Assembly: GCA_016839705.1 (NCBI GenBank)
Contig: JAEOTR010000079.1
Location: 32,224 to 96,223 of the forward strand
Reading direction: 5' to 3'
Length of the DNA stretch: 64,000 bases
DNA from: Promethearchaeota archaeon
GTDB taxonomy: Archaea > Asgardarchaeota > Lokiarchaeia > Sigyniarchaeales > SOKP01
In this document: positions 40,362 through 50,631 of the stretch, piece after piece
Position numbering within the stretch: position 1 is the first letter of the stretch
Layout: the number at the start of each line of letters is the position of its first letter
Notes under the pieces: model-generated
Databases searched by the model: none
What the model saw: the letters and a program-made list of their open reading frames with translations, nothing else
What the model was told of the DNA's origin: nothing
Program-made: the position numbers and the translations under genes

Positions 40362-40532
40362 CTAATTTTCTGAACTTTTTCTTAAAACTTTCAAATCTTC
40401 ATAAAACCTTAAGATTCTTTCAAATCTATTTATCATATTCTCATAATATTCTCTATCAGCATAGGCCATTTGAGATAGCTTTTTCGCAAGTGAAATTTCA
40501 CTCTTATAGCGATTTATTTTTTCATCAATCAC
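40362..40532 (-). CDS. Small helical hypothetical protein (56 aa)
   Basis: Hand-translated from GTG: MIDEKINRYKSEISLAKKLSQMAYADREYYENMINRFERILRFYEDLKVLRKSSEN; more protein-like than the overlapping + strand ORF. Confidence 0.6.
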   Translation of the reverse strand: MIDEKINRYKSEISLAKKLSQMAYADREYYENMINRFERILRFYEDLKVLRKSSEN

Positions 40533-40714
40533 ATGGTGTTTTCAATAATGTTCTTATATAAAATGAAAAAATATCGTGATAATACATTAAAATATTTAAT
40601 CTAAGCAGCCCCGTTTTATTTTATAAAAAAATAACCTATAAATATAATATTTGTGTTATGAAACTATCTTTCAAATTTTAAATTTTAATAAACAAATAAA
40701 TAAAATGGTGTAGA

Positions 40715-41062
40715 ATGGCAAAACATTATAAAAATCAGCAATTAATGAAATTTCTTGTCATAATTGGTGGTCTGGTTGGACTTATTTGGATCATTTCTGG
40801 ATTTGCTAGTTTAGCGGGATTAGGTTTTGTTCCAGTTATAATACCCTCAATAGTTCCACTCCAACTAATCGTTACGCTAATAATCGGTTTAGTAATTGTA
40901 GTGTTGACATTACTAGTTGGTATAAGACCAGATGAACCTCTGCCTTTCCATTGGCTTGTATTATTTATCCTTGCTATATTATTGGCAATATTCGCAGCAG
41001 GGATTTTAGCAGCCGTTTTAGTAGTGATTGCTGCAATAATCGGACTAATTGAAGAGTTATAA
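40715..41062 (+). CDS. Small membrane protein
   Basis: Very hydrophobic 115 aa. Confidence 0.7.
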   Translation: MAKHYKNQQLMKFLVIIGGLVGLIWIISGFASLAGLGFVPVIIPSIVPLQLIVTLIIGLVIVVLTLLVGIRPDEPLPFHWLVLFILAILLAIFAAGILAAVLVVIAAIIGLIEEL

Positions 41063-41104
41063 AAGTACATTGAATAAAATCTAAAATCTCAATATTTTTT
41101 CTCT

Positions 41105-41992
41105 TTATAATTTCGAAAATTGGCTTTTAGCACTTTTTAAAAAATAACTTACAATTTCCTCTGGAAGATTAATGGAAGTAACCTCTTGTAGAGCTGTAAA
41201 TCCTGGTATCGAATTAACTTCTAAAACTTGAAATCCTTTGCTACTTTCAATGATATCGACCCCCGCAATCTCAGTCTTCGTTATTTGAGCAGCTTTTATA
41301 GCGAGATTCTTTAATTCATCTGAAATTTCAAGTGGTTTAGCTTTAGCTCCAGCATAGATGTTTGTTTTCCAATTATCCCCAATCCGATACATCCCTGCTA
41401 CTACTTTATCTCCTAAAACTAAAATTCTAATATCCCGATTATAATGTTCGATGAATTCTTGTAAATAGAATACCTCATTAAGCCTACTAAGAGAATATAT
41501 TACATTTTCAGCAAAGGCTTTGTCATTCAAGCGAGTAATTCCAATTCCCTTTGATCCAAAAAGAGGTTTAAAGACGCAATCTCCACCCAATTCTTCAAAA
41601 GCTTCTAAAGCAGAATTAGGATCTTCACATATTACTGTTTTTGGTGTTGGTATGTGGTGTTTCTCTAGAAATATTGAAGTTAAAAATTTATCACTCGCAA
41701 TTTCTAAAGATTCTCGAGAATTTATTAGTTTAACATCATACTCTTCAATTGCTCTTAAAACATCAAGCCTAAAAAAAATCTTCTGAGTAGCTGCAGCGCC
41801 AAAACCTCTTACCAACGCAGCCCTAGGTTCAAGTTTTTCAAATTGATCTTTAAATTTGCTTTTAAATGAGACTAATACCTTTACTGTTGAGGGGATAAAA
41901 AATTCTACATCATAATCCTTTTTTTTAAATTCATTCTTTAATATTTGAACTTCAGGATCCGAAGGATTTGGGGTAATTATCATTGAATGCAT
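41105..41992 (-). CDS. RimK/LysX/MptN-family ATP-grasp alpha-L-glutamate ligase
   Basis: DKF, KPLFGSKGIG, LQEFI, DIRILV, WKTN, GVDI, LEVNSIPG. Confidence 0.9.
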   Translation of the reverse strand: MHSMIITPNPSDPEVQILKNEFKKKDYDVEFFIPSTVKVLVSFKSKFKDQFEKLEPRAALVRGFGAAATQKIFFRLDVLRAIEEYDVKLINSRESLEIASDKFLTSIFLEKHHIPTPKTVICEDPNSALEAFEELGGDCVFKPLFGSKGIGITRLNDKAFAENVIYSLSRLNEVFYLQEFIEHYNRDIRILVLGDKVVAGMYRIGDNWKTNIYAGAKAKPLEISDELKNLAIKAAQITKTEIAGVDIIESSKGFQVLEVNSIPGFTALQEVTSINLPEEIVSYFLKSAKSQFSKL

Positions 41993-42073
41993 TTCAAACT
42001 CACCATTATAAAAATTACTTAGTTTAACAATAGCATTAATTTTTAAATAAATTTAATTTCTTATAAAACATAT

Positions 42074-42697
42074 ATGAAATCAATGGATCTTGAAGATAAA
42101 GAAACTGAGGTTGAAAAATTATCAGCGATGTTAAGCAAGATTCAAAATCTCTATTATAAAAAAAAAGAACAACTTGAAGAATTACAGGATGAAATTTCTG
42201 AATTAAGAGAGGTTCTAAACTACCTTAATTCCATGATTTCTAATAAATCGTTTCAAAGTGCCGATCTCATTTATACCAAAACTTTACAAGAAACAGAAGA
42301 AAAGAATGATGAGGAAAAATATTTTGTAAACGATGTTCCTTCGGAAAGAGTAAAAGGAACTAATATTAAAAGAAAGATTTTTACGGATGGGGATGATAAA
42401 GATTCAAAGTTGCTATGTATTTTAAACTTTTTCGATTTAAATAAAGTACAGATAAAGATAATTGACCCAATGGAGAGAGGAATAAGAGAAACTTCGGAAG
42501 ATTTCATACGAACTTTTTTAAGGGAAGCCCTTTTAAAAATTAAAGACCATAATCTCGATTTAGATTTAAAATATGACTACTTTAAAAATACAGATGTAAT
42601 AGAATGTATAAATATTATAAATTTAAAATCAATTAAAGAATATGATTTAATTACCTCAAAAATGAGAGAACTTTTAACCAAACAAATCATTTCGTAG
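42074..42697 (+). CDS. Hypothetical protein with an N-terminal coiled coil
   Basis: Heptad-rich first 60 aa. Confidence 0.65.
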   Translation: MKSMDLEDKETEVEKLSAMLSKIQNLYYKKKEQLEELQDEISELREVLNYLNSMISNKSFQSADLIYTKTLQETEEKNDEEKYFVNDVPSERVKGTNIKRKIFTDGDDKDSKLLCILNFFDLNKVQIKIIDPMERGIRETSEDFIRTFLREALLKIKDHNLDLDLKYDYFKNTDVIECINIINLKSIKEYDLITSKMRELLTKQIIS

Positions 42698-42840
42698 AGT
42701 TAATAGTTTATAAATTTTATCTTGACCTATTCTTTCGATGTACAAAAAATTATATTGAGATAATATATTGTTTAATTAAAATAGGAAAAATTAATTATTC
42801 ACCAATCTTTAATAAATTTATCCAAATTATTTAAACGAGT

Positions 42841-43662
42841 GTGTTTATTTTGGCAAAGAAAAAATCATGGTTACAAATGCCTATACTTCATTCTAAATTT
42901 CATGATGCTAAGTTAGAAAGTGTTTTAATCAATCGATCCGTAGATTTGTTAACTGATAATAAAGGTGATGCTCCATCCTTTTTATTCCTCTCAGGGGCTT
43001 TCTTTGATGTGAAATCATTTGCGTATTCCGGATTGAGAGCGTGGAAAGGGGCTGTAAAACCCACAGATTCAAATGGAGGAAGAAGGCCTGTATTGGAAGC
43101 TACTTTTGCTTCGCTTTCAGTATATTTAAGCTCACTCCTCGCGTTGCAGTCAGATTTCTATTTTGCATATGATGAGATTAAGGATATCTTAATCGAAAAA
43201 AAAAGGGAGGATCTCTGGTCAATAGTTTCAGAAAAGCTTCCATTTATTTCTATACCTCCAAAAGAGATGTATGGTTCTCAGCTATCTCCAATTTCACCAT
43301 ATTTCGTGATAAAACAAGATGATGAATTAACATTAGGCGAAATTTACCCATCAACTTATCTTTCCAGCATAATAGAAAACATTAAGACAAGATTTTTCGT
43401 ATTCTACCAATATCAAGGATATTCTGCTTTTGGATTTTTTAATTCCTTACCCGATCTTTCGAACTTTGGATTTGAAGAAAATGCAAGGGATTTTGAGGAG
43501 GAACCCACATCAGAGAATTTAGTAAAGTATTTGAAGAATGCCAAAAATTTGAAAGAAGTGTTAATTGCACTTATAAATGCCCATAATAACGCCTTACTCG
43601 AACAGTTTTTGATCCCAGATTATGAACTACTCTTAAATAAGCTATTGGAGGGTGAGGCATAA
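42841..43662 (+). CDS. Hypothetical protein, translationally coupled to the GTPase
   Basis: 273-aa ORF; TAATG overlap with 43662. Confidence 0.7.
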   Translation: MFILAKKKSWLQMPILHSKFHDAKLESVLINRSVDLLTDNKGDAPSFLFLSGAFFDVKSFAYSGLRAWKGAVKPTDSNGGRRPVLEATFASLSVYLSSLLALQSDFYFAYDEIKDILIEKKREDLWSIVSEKLPFISIPPKEMYGSQLSPISPYFVIKQDDELTLGEIYPSTYLSSIIENIKTRFFVFYQYQGYSAFGFFNSLPDLSNFGFEENARDFEEEPTSENLVKYLKNAKNLKEVLIALINAHNNALLEQFLIPDYELLLNKLLEGEA

Positions 43663-44297
43663 TGGTGAATATAGGACTATTAGGAGATGTGAGTGTGGGA
43701 AAAACCAGTATCCTTCGACTTTTTGTTCGTTACTTGAAAAAAGGGGATATTGAAAATGTCGAAGGAGGAGCAAAATGCTCTGTAGTAAAAGCTGATTTTT
43801 CTGGAGAAGCAACTGTACCGGGAGGAGAAAAAGAAGACGCCCTCAACCAAAAAGAGACTAAAACGATCCATCCTAACCGAATTGTGTTTCGAGAAGATAA
43901 TTCTAACAAAGCTCATACAATCTTCGCACCTGGCGGAGACCGTGCCAGAGCCGTGGTGAAAATGGGCATTATAACAATCTCCCGCATCGCTACGCAAATA
44001 ATAGCAGTCTTTTCACTCGATAGAGATTTAGATTCTCAATTTGAGTTTTTCAATGATGTGAGATTTTTCCCAGAAAAAATTTATGTCTGTATCAATAAAG
44101 TTGATTTAATTGAGGGAGATCGGGAAAAAAAAATAGAAGAGATGGAGAAACAAATAAAGGACTTTTTCGAAACTCGAAAAATTGCTGTAAGCGAAGTTTT
44201 CATAACTTGTGGAGAAACTGTAGATAATTTTGATGAAGTTGAGAAATTTAACAATCGAGTAGCTGAAATGATATTAGAAATTACGACAAAAAGTTAA
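43662..44297 (+). CDS. Small Ras-superfamily-like GTPase with atypical G3
   Basis: G1 GDVSVGKT, G2 KTIHPN, G3 FAPGG, G4 NKVD. Confidence 0.8.
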   Translation: MVNIGLLGDVSVGKTSILRLFVRYLKKGDIENVEGGAKCSVVKADFSGEATVPGGEKEDALNQKETKTIHPNRIVFREDNSNKAHTIFAPGGDRARAVVKMGIITISRIATQIIAVFSLDRDLDSQFEFFNDVRFFPEKIYVCINKVDLIEGDREKKIEEMEKQIKDFFETRKIAVSEVFITCGETVDNFDEVEKFNNRVAEMILEITTKS

Positions 44298-44337
44298 TCT
44301 TTTTATCATTCTCACTTTATTATTAAATCCATTACTA

Positions 44338-44865
44338 TTATTGCTTGGTTAATTTTAAAGTTAATTTTATAAAGAGTTTGTTTAGATCCAGCTGATATCC
44401 AATAAGTGGAGTTAGCCTTACTTGTCTTAAATTATTATCAATCTCAATATATCCTCTAATTCGCAACTCTTTTAAGTCATCATGAACAGCTTTTTTCTTT
44501 CTTAATTTTTCTATATCATTGATTTTACCAATTCCGATATTTTTAAGACAGCAAATTAAAACACAGAATAAAGTTGCAGCAAGTCTAGGTTTACCCTCAA
44601 AAGGATTAGCATAAATTAAATCTGAGGTAGCCATTTCAAATGCTATATACCAGTGAGAACTCAATGGATTAAAGCGAATTTGAAGTCCTAATGGTTCAAT
44701 ATAATTTGATAATTGAACGATTAAATTTTGAAAATAAATAGATTCATTTTTACCTTGAAAGTTCAATTTTTTAATAATTTCTTCTTTACTTGCTCCCATT
44801 TCATATTTATTTGTCTTTCTACTTAATAAGTATAATAAAATTGTAAATTCATTCATAAATTTCAC
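44338..44865 (-). CDS. Kite subunit (tandem winged helix; ScpB/Nse1-3-like)
   Basis: Two wHTH-like halves (YIEPLGLQIRF; DLKELRIRGYIEI...VRLTP); last gene of the SMC operon. Confidence 0.68.
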   Translation of the reverse strand: MKFMNEFTILLYLLSRKTNKYEMGASKEEIIKKLNFQGKNESIYFQNLIVQLSNYIEPLGLQIRFNPLSSHWYIAFEMATSDLIYANPFEGKPRLAATLFCVLICCLKNIGIGKINDIEKLRKKKAVHDDLKELRIRGYIEIDNNLRQVRLTPLIGYQLDLNKLFIKLTLKLTKQ

Positions 44866-44872
44866 ACACCTT

Positions 44873-45523
44873 TTATAAATATAAAAAATTCGTCTCTTTT
44901 TGATACTTAATTTTACCTAATTGGAGTAAATGTAGGATATATACAAATTTTTCGTAGATCTCAATTTGATTTTGCTCTTCTTCAAATATCTCATCAAATG
45001 AACACGGGAATTTATTTTTAATACTATTGAAAAAATTCATTAATTTATCGGTAAAATTGTGTTCAGGAACTTCTAATAAAAAGCTCTGCTTTATTTTCAC
45101 CTTATCTATATGATCTATTATTGCCGGATATCCTCTTTCTTTAAGTAGTTTTTTATTTGAAAAATTAAGAAAATTCAATGATAAAGATTCAAAATTGAAT
45201 GGTTTTACCCAACAACCATTAAACAATTCATATACTTCTAAATCCTCTGGATTTGATTTTAGATATTGGAAAAAGCCTTCTTTCTTATCTAGATTGTTAA
45301 TTAATATCTTAAGTTCTTCAAATTTATTAACTAAAAGTTGGAAACTATTCTTAAAAGCAGTTGAATAATTATTGATATTGCCAATATTGAGCGAGTCCTT
45401 TATGTTTTCAAAAATTGGTACTAGTTCTAAGTCTAATAATGCAATTTCCCCTGATAGAACCTTTAATTGAATATCTTGTATTTTCCGATTTATTCCCTCA
45501 GATAAATCTTTATACTCTTCCAT
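44873..45523 (-). CDS. Kleisin (ScpA/Nse4-like)
   Basis: C-terminal wHTH CSFDEIF...FVYILHLLQLGKI; directly after smc. Confidence 0.7.
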   Translation of the reverse strand: MEEYKDLSEGINRKIQDIQLKVLSGEIALLDLELVPIFENIKDSLNIGNINNYSTAFKNSFQLLVNKFEELKILINNLDKKEGFFQYLKSNPEDLEVYELFNGCWVKPFNFESLSLNFLNFSNKKLLKERGYPAIIDHIDKVKIKQSFLLEVPEHNFTDKLMNFFNSIKNKFPCSFDEIFEEEQNQIEIYEKFVYILHLLQLGKIKYQKETNFLYL

Positions 45524-45533
45524 TTTTCTTGTT

Positions 45534-48500
45534 CTATTTTTTTTTTATTATCTTTGGCTTAAATACCGATGAAATCTCATTTTCTCCAACTCTAGCAATT
45601 CCTATAACCTTTTCAGCTAATAGATATAGTGAAGATGATGACTTTGGTAAAAACATAAATAATTGGATCGGATTTTGCTCTAATGTTGATTTAATTAATT
45701 GGTATGCTACTTCAGAATTCTTCTCATCTAAAAACATGCCAGCTTCATCGAACATACAGAGAGGAGATGGCTTAATTTCTTGTAAAGATAAGATCAAACA
45801 GATTGAAATAAGAGAAACTTGTCCCCCACTTAATGCAGTAAAAGATTTTAGTTGATCCTTAGAAGTAGCTGCTTTTATATCAACTCCTAAATCTCCAAAA
45901 TTTCCTGTTAATGCCAGAGAACAGTATGACTTGATTTGAGAATCTTCAAACTTCTGGTTAACTTTTTTCTGTAGATCTTCAAGTACAATTCCGAATCTTT
46001 TGTTGTATGTGTTTTCTAATTTATTCTCCGTTTTAATTGCGGCTTTAATATCTTCTTCCAAACTATTTTGATTCTTTGTAATATCTTTAAGGGATGATAT
46101 TATTTGATCTTTTTCGACTATTAGTGAATTATCCACATCTAAATATTTAAGTAAATCTCTATCAATTTTAGAAATGTCTCTATTTATTTCTTCTATTGAA
46201 CGGATTTCCAATATTTCCTTAGAAATAAGAGGTCCTATCTCCGTGGTAATTCTTTCTAAATCGTTTCTCTTTAATTCTAAATCTTGATTAAACTTATTCA
46301 ATTTAACATTTTCCTGCTCTAAATTCAATGTTATTTGTATATTTTTTCGTTCTATTTCGATCTTCTTATTTTGGTTTTGTAATTTTCCTTCTTTCAAATC
46401 TGCGATCTTTTTCTCAATATCTTCTAGTTCCTTTTCTGCATTTTCAAGGTTACGATATGTTTCAAACGCATCTTTATCTGCTTTTTGAAAATTTTCCTTC
46501 TTTTTTTCATATTCAATTTTAATATTGTTTAATTTATTTTGATGAATAGTTATTTCTTCATTAACTTCTTTTAAAATGGCGGAGTTTTCATTTAATTTCA
46601 ACTCCCAGGTTTTTTTTTCTTCATTTAAAGAAGCCAATTCATTCGGAATTTCATTAACTCTATCATTCCAATTAAAAAAATCAGGATCAGACCGCTGTTT
46701 TAGATCTCTAATTTTAATTTCTAAGTTTTTAATAGTTTCTTTATTCTCAGAGTTTTCATTCTCTAAACCGTGCTTCTCTGTATAAAGTTGATTCTTCTTG
46801 TTTGTAATCCTTTGTTTTTGATTAAAATTATATAGAAGATCGTTAAAAGATTCTTTTTTTTTGAAAATATCCTTTTGAATGTTATCCAGTTTAATCTGAT
46901 CAACCCTCAATTCTGAAATTTTATCAGAAAGAGATTTAACCTCTGATTCTAAGAGGTTCGATTGCTCTTTTTGTGTTGCTGCACTTAGTAAACCCTTTAA
47001 CCTTTTTAAATACGGAGTTTCAAAAACGTATTTATACGAAATAATTTGTTCTCCGGCTAATGTTACACATTTTCCCTTAAAATTAAGTTTATTATAAAGT
47101 TCTCTTCCAGAATGGTAATCCTTAACAACCAAGCAATTTTTTACCTTTGAATAAATAACTTTTTTAATATCAATATCATTATTGATGATTCCAATAAGGG
47201 CTGCTAAATAGCCAAGAACACCTTCCGCTGATATACTAGCAAAAGGTTGTATAGATAATCTTTTAGGAAGATAAATATTACAATAGGCACCATATTTTTC
47301 TTTTAATCTTTTTAATAAGGTTAAAGTATTCCAATCCTCTGCAACAAAACTGTATAGTAATTTTTCCCCTAACACGGACTCAATGGCATAACTTAGATTA
47401 TCCTCGTATTTCAAGTAATCTATAATCGGACCTTTTACTCTTAGTTCCCTTCTAATTATCTCATCTTTAAGAATTGAAATACTCGAAGGAAGAATAACTC
47501 GACGTTCTCTTAGTGAGGTTTGTAAAACTTTTAATTTTCTTATCTTTTTCGCTTTTTCAATTTCTAACTGTTTTATTTCAGAGTCAATTTCATAAATTCT
47601 TAAAGAAATTTTTCTGAGTTCATTATCAAGTTCTTGTAATAAGTTTTTAGAAGGATTTTCTAGAAACCATTTATTTGTTTCCAACTTATGTTCGATATCC
47701 TTAAAACTTTGAAAAAGTTGGTTGATCTCATTATCTAAATTGTCAATTATTTTCTCATTATCTTGAATTTTTAATTGTCGTTTCTTTTTATCATTGATAT
47801 ATTTAGTGTATTCATCCAACAAAACTTTATTTAACTTAATTTTCTTGACTAATTGGGTTTGCTCCTTTATTAGGTTCTCAAATTGTAGCTCTAATCTCTT
47901 ATTTTCCTTATTAATTATTCTCAGTTCATTATCCAAACTTTCCTTTTGATTTTTAAAATCAATGGTCTTTTTTTCTATTTCTCCTACTCTTTTAGACAAA
48001 TCATCTAATTCTTGCTTTGCGATTATCTTTTCGTTTTGCCAATTCTGGATTTTAAAAATTAGATCTTGTCTTTTGTAATCTACTTCACCGAGTTTTTTTG
48101 TAAGTTTATTTATATTTTGTTCTTCAGCTGCAATTTTCCTTGATAATTCGTTAATATCTAACTCAGATATTTTTTTTTGTCTTTTAATCCCGATTATGAC
48201 CTTTTTAAGATTATCAATAAGATCTTTATTTCTCTTTATCTCCTTTTCCAATTTGTCTTTATTTGCCCATAAGAGCTCATCAGTAAACTTTCTTTTTATT
48301 GCTAATAATTTATTCTTTTCTTCCAAACGCTTTATTTTCGGTGTTAAAAGATCTAAACTTATGTTCAAAGTATTTCTTCTACTTTTCAGAGACTTTAAGT
48401 CATTATTTAAAGCGATTACATCTCTTTTTTGGTGTAAAATTTCATCTCGAAGGGATTTTAGACCGATTCCTTCTTCGAGAAAGGAGCATAACTCTGTAGC

Positions 48501-49001
48501 TTTCAAATTTTTAATAGAATCAATTTTTCCTTGGCTCACAAAAGCAAAGTGGTTATCAGGGTTAATATTTAAATCCAAAATTTCTTTTTGAATTTCATGG
48601 GCTTGAATCTGTTGAAAATCACTATCATTCTTACGTTGTACTTTAAAAAAAGGTGATTGTCCTCTTATTACATATCTCCTAACTTTTAGAATCTCATCTC
48701 CATTTCGGATATGAATTTCAACCATTGCATGATTCTGACCATTTCTAATAAAGTTAGACCATTTAGTATAACGATCATCTCGTTCATTACTCCCTAACAC
48801 AAATTTAATAGCTTGAAAAATAGATGTCTTCCCACTCCAATTTGGTCCAACTATAATTACAAACTTGGATTCCCCAAAGTCAACCTCATCCTTCTGAAAG
48901 GATAAAAAATTTTCTAGAATTACTTTTTTTATAGAGGTTTTCCGATTTTGATCTTCTTTTAACTCATTTTTCTTGTTCATTACACGTGATTGAGAAGCCA
49001 T
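45534..49001 (-). CDS. SMC protein, Smc5/6-related
   Basis: LENFLSF, Walker A GPNWSGKTS, Q-loop FVSQGKI, hinge VKGPII...AIESVLG, LSGGQ, SPLCMFDEAGMFLD; long coiled coils. Confidence 0.9.
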   Translation of the reverse strand: MASQSRVMNKKNELKEDQNRKTSIKKVILENFLSFQKDEVDFGESKFVIIVGPNWSGKTSIFQAIKFVLGSNERDDRYTKWSNFIRNGQNHAMVEIHIRNGDEILKVRRYVIRGQSPFFKVQRKNDSDFQQIQAHEIQKEILDLNINPDNHFAFVSQGKIDSIKNLKATELCSFLEEGIGLKSLRDEILHQKRDVIALNNDLKSLKSRRNTLNISLDLLTPKIKRLEEKNKLLAIKRKFTDELLWANKDKLEKEIKRNKDLIDNLKKVIIGIKRQKKISELDINELSRKIAAEEQNINKLTKKLGEVDYKRQDLIFKIQNWQNEKIIAKQELDDLSKRVGEIEKKTIDFKNQKESLDNELRIINKENKRLELQFENLIKEQTQLVKKIKLNKVLLDEYTKYINDKKKRQLKIQDNEKIIDNLDNEINQLFQSFKDIEHKLETNKWFLENPSKNLLQELDNELRKISLRIYEIDSEIKQLEIEKAKKIRKLKVLQTSLRERRVILPSSISILKDEIIRRELRVKGPIIDYLKYEDNLSYAIESVLGEKLLYSFVAEDWNTLTLLKRLKEKYGAYCNIYLPKRLSIQPFASISAEGVLGYLAALIGIINNDIDIKKVIYSKVKNCLVVKDYHSGRELYNKLNFKGKCVTLAGEQIISYKYVFETPYLKRLKGLLSAATQKEQSNLLESEVKSLSDKISELRVDQIKLDNIQKDIFKKKESFNDLLYNFNQKQRITNKKNQLYTEKHGLENENSENKETIKNLEIKIRDLKQRSDPDFFNWNDRVNEIPNELASLNEEKKTWELKLNENSAILKEVNEEITIHQNKLNNIKIEYEKKKENFQKADKDAFETYRNLENAEKELEDIEKKIADLKEGKLQNQNKKIEIERKNIQITLNLEQENVKLNKFNQDLELKRNDLERITTEIGPLISKEILEIRSIEEINRDISKIDRDLLKYLDVDNSLIVEKDQIISSLKDITKNQNSLEEDIKAAIKTENKLENTYNKRFGIVLEDLQKKVNQKFEDSQIKSYCSLALTGNFGDLGVDIKAATSKDQLKSFTALSGGQVSLISICLILSLQEIKPSPLCMFDEAGMFLDEKNSEVAYQLIKSTLEQNPIQLFMFLPKSSSSLYLLAEKVIGIARVGENEISSVFKPKIIKKK

Positions 49002-49021
49002 CTTTATCCCATCTGGTAATT

Positions 49022-50302
49022 TTATTTGCCAAACGCTTGTTTTATACGATCAACTTTCTTTTTTGCCTTTTCTAAATTGATTTGGGCTGTATTAGGAGCA
49101 TCATTTAAGATAAAAGGATAATTGGCAATCATTTTTCTATCATTTTCTTCTAATGGCTCTTTTTTGTCTAGTTTATCAATTATTATAACAAGTTCGCTAT
49201 AATTCTTAAACGCAGCATCTTCGTATAATTGGCCTAACATGAAATCTGATATACGTGAATCTCGAATGTTATTCAAATAACCGTCCATTTCGATTATGTC
49301 AGTATTATTACTCACTTCCTTTTTGGAGATCCTGTCAAGATTATTTGATTTCAATTCATTATCTTGCAGCATTGGTTGAATTTTTGAAATATTAGGATTA
49401 ATCAAGGGTAGATACTCTCCAGATTCAATAAGATCGAGTAAAATTTGAGTAATTTCATTGCTTGTTTCATTCAACTCCGAATTTAAAAATTGCTTCATTA
49501 TCCCAACTTTTAATAATTTTTTTATATCATTTACTTCCCAATTCTCTGTAGAATCTACTAGCGCATTGATATCGAAAACTATTTTCGGTGTTTTTTCCAA
49601 AAAATCTCGGAAAACGGTTTCTCTTTCGATCTTATTCAAAAGTTGGATTTTAATAAATAAATCAAATGAATCGTAAATATATGACGTATGTTCTAAAATA
49701 TCTTGAATTTCATAGTTAACCCATATGACAAGAATGTTGGACTCCATGGAATTGAATTTATCCTCGTATTGTTCCTTGAGGAAAATTTCAAGAAGGTTTG
49801 TTCCTTTGAATATTGTCTTAAAATTTAATGACTGATTAATTATTAATAACCTTTTTTCAATATCTTTGTCAGAATTTGCCCCGACTTTATCATTATCTTC
49901 TTTACCTGAGTTTAAATCTTTTTTACTATTAGGGTAACTTCCTAAAGCTCTTAAAATTGGTTTAAAACTCTTCAAAAAACTTTCTGGAGCTTTTCTGATC
50001 TCACTGTAGTTAAACTCAATTAATTCTAAATAATAGTTTGACGCTATTAATTTTAAAAAATCCAATATATCCGTTCCAGGGTTAACATTAATTAAAACTG
50101 CTCCTTTAGGCGTTAGGTATTCTCTTAATATACCATCGTGATTAAATGTAGCCATTGTTTTAATATAATTGATAATATCATTATATTTATCCCGATAAAA
50201 TATTTCTTCCTTCTTAACATCAATTTTTGTTGGCGAAACCACCCGAAAATACTTTGAAAACTCCGCAATCTCACTTAAGCCCTTCATTGTCAATCTCAAC
50301 AA
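49022..50302 (-). CDS. Degenerate (inactive) classical AAA+ domain protein
   Basis: PKGAVLINVNPGTD aligns with PKGVLLYGPPGTGK; FDLFIKI...ERETVF...DINALVDSTENWEVNDIKKL matches the AAA lid; catalytic residues absent. Confidence 0.7.
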   Translation of the reverse strand: MLRLTMKGLSEIAEFSKYFRVVSPTKIDVKKEEIFYRDKYNDIINYIKTMATFNHDGILREYLTPKGAVLINVNPGTDILDFLKLIASNYYLELIEFNYSEIRKAPESFLKSFKPILRALGSYPNSKKDLNSGKEDNDKVGANSDKDIEKRLLIINQSLNFKTIFKGTNLLEIFLKEQYEDKFNSMESNILVIWVNYEIQDILEHTSYIYDSFDLFIKIQLLNKIERETVFRDFLEKTPKIVFDINALVDSTENWEVNDIKKLLKVGIMKQFLNSELNETSNEITQILLDLIESGEYLPLINPNISKIQPMLQDNELKSNNLDRISKKEVSNNTDIIEMDGYLNNIRDSRISDFMLGQLYEDAAFKNYSELVIIIDKLDKKEPLEENDRKMIANYPFILNDAPNTAQINLEKAKKKVDRIKQAFGK

Positions 50303-50631
50303 TATTGTAATTGATTTTTTTGAACACTATTTTAATGACTATTTACACATATATATTTAGCGTTGATTATATTTAGCGGTAAATACATATCCGACAAAAA
50401 CCGTTAAATTTATAAAACTGTAAAGTTTTCCATAAACTCTAAAATATTCTATGACTCTCTTTTTCCTAAGAATTCCGTTTAGTTAAGTCTCTAATGGGGA
50501 AATACAAATAAATAAGTTAGAGAAAAGATAATTTCTAATTTACAAATAATTGATCTCAATTAATGATTCTAAATCAATCTTTTCCTTATAAAATTTGAAA
50601 AATAAATTTTTGAATACTAATAATTTTGTTA

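Noticed and set aside
40355-40561. Plus-strand 68-aa ORF
   Set aside because: The opposite-strand 40362-40532 ORF has more protein-like composition.
44338-50302. Wadjet/MksBEFG defence system
   Set aside because: No Toprim JetD/MksG gene; gene order and SMC motifs fit Smc5/6-like better.
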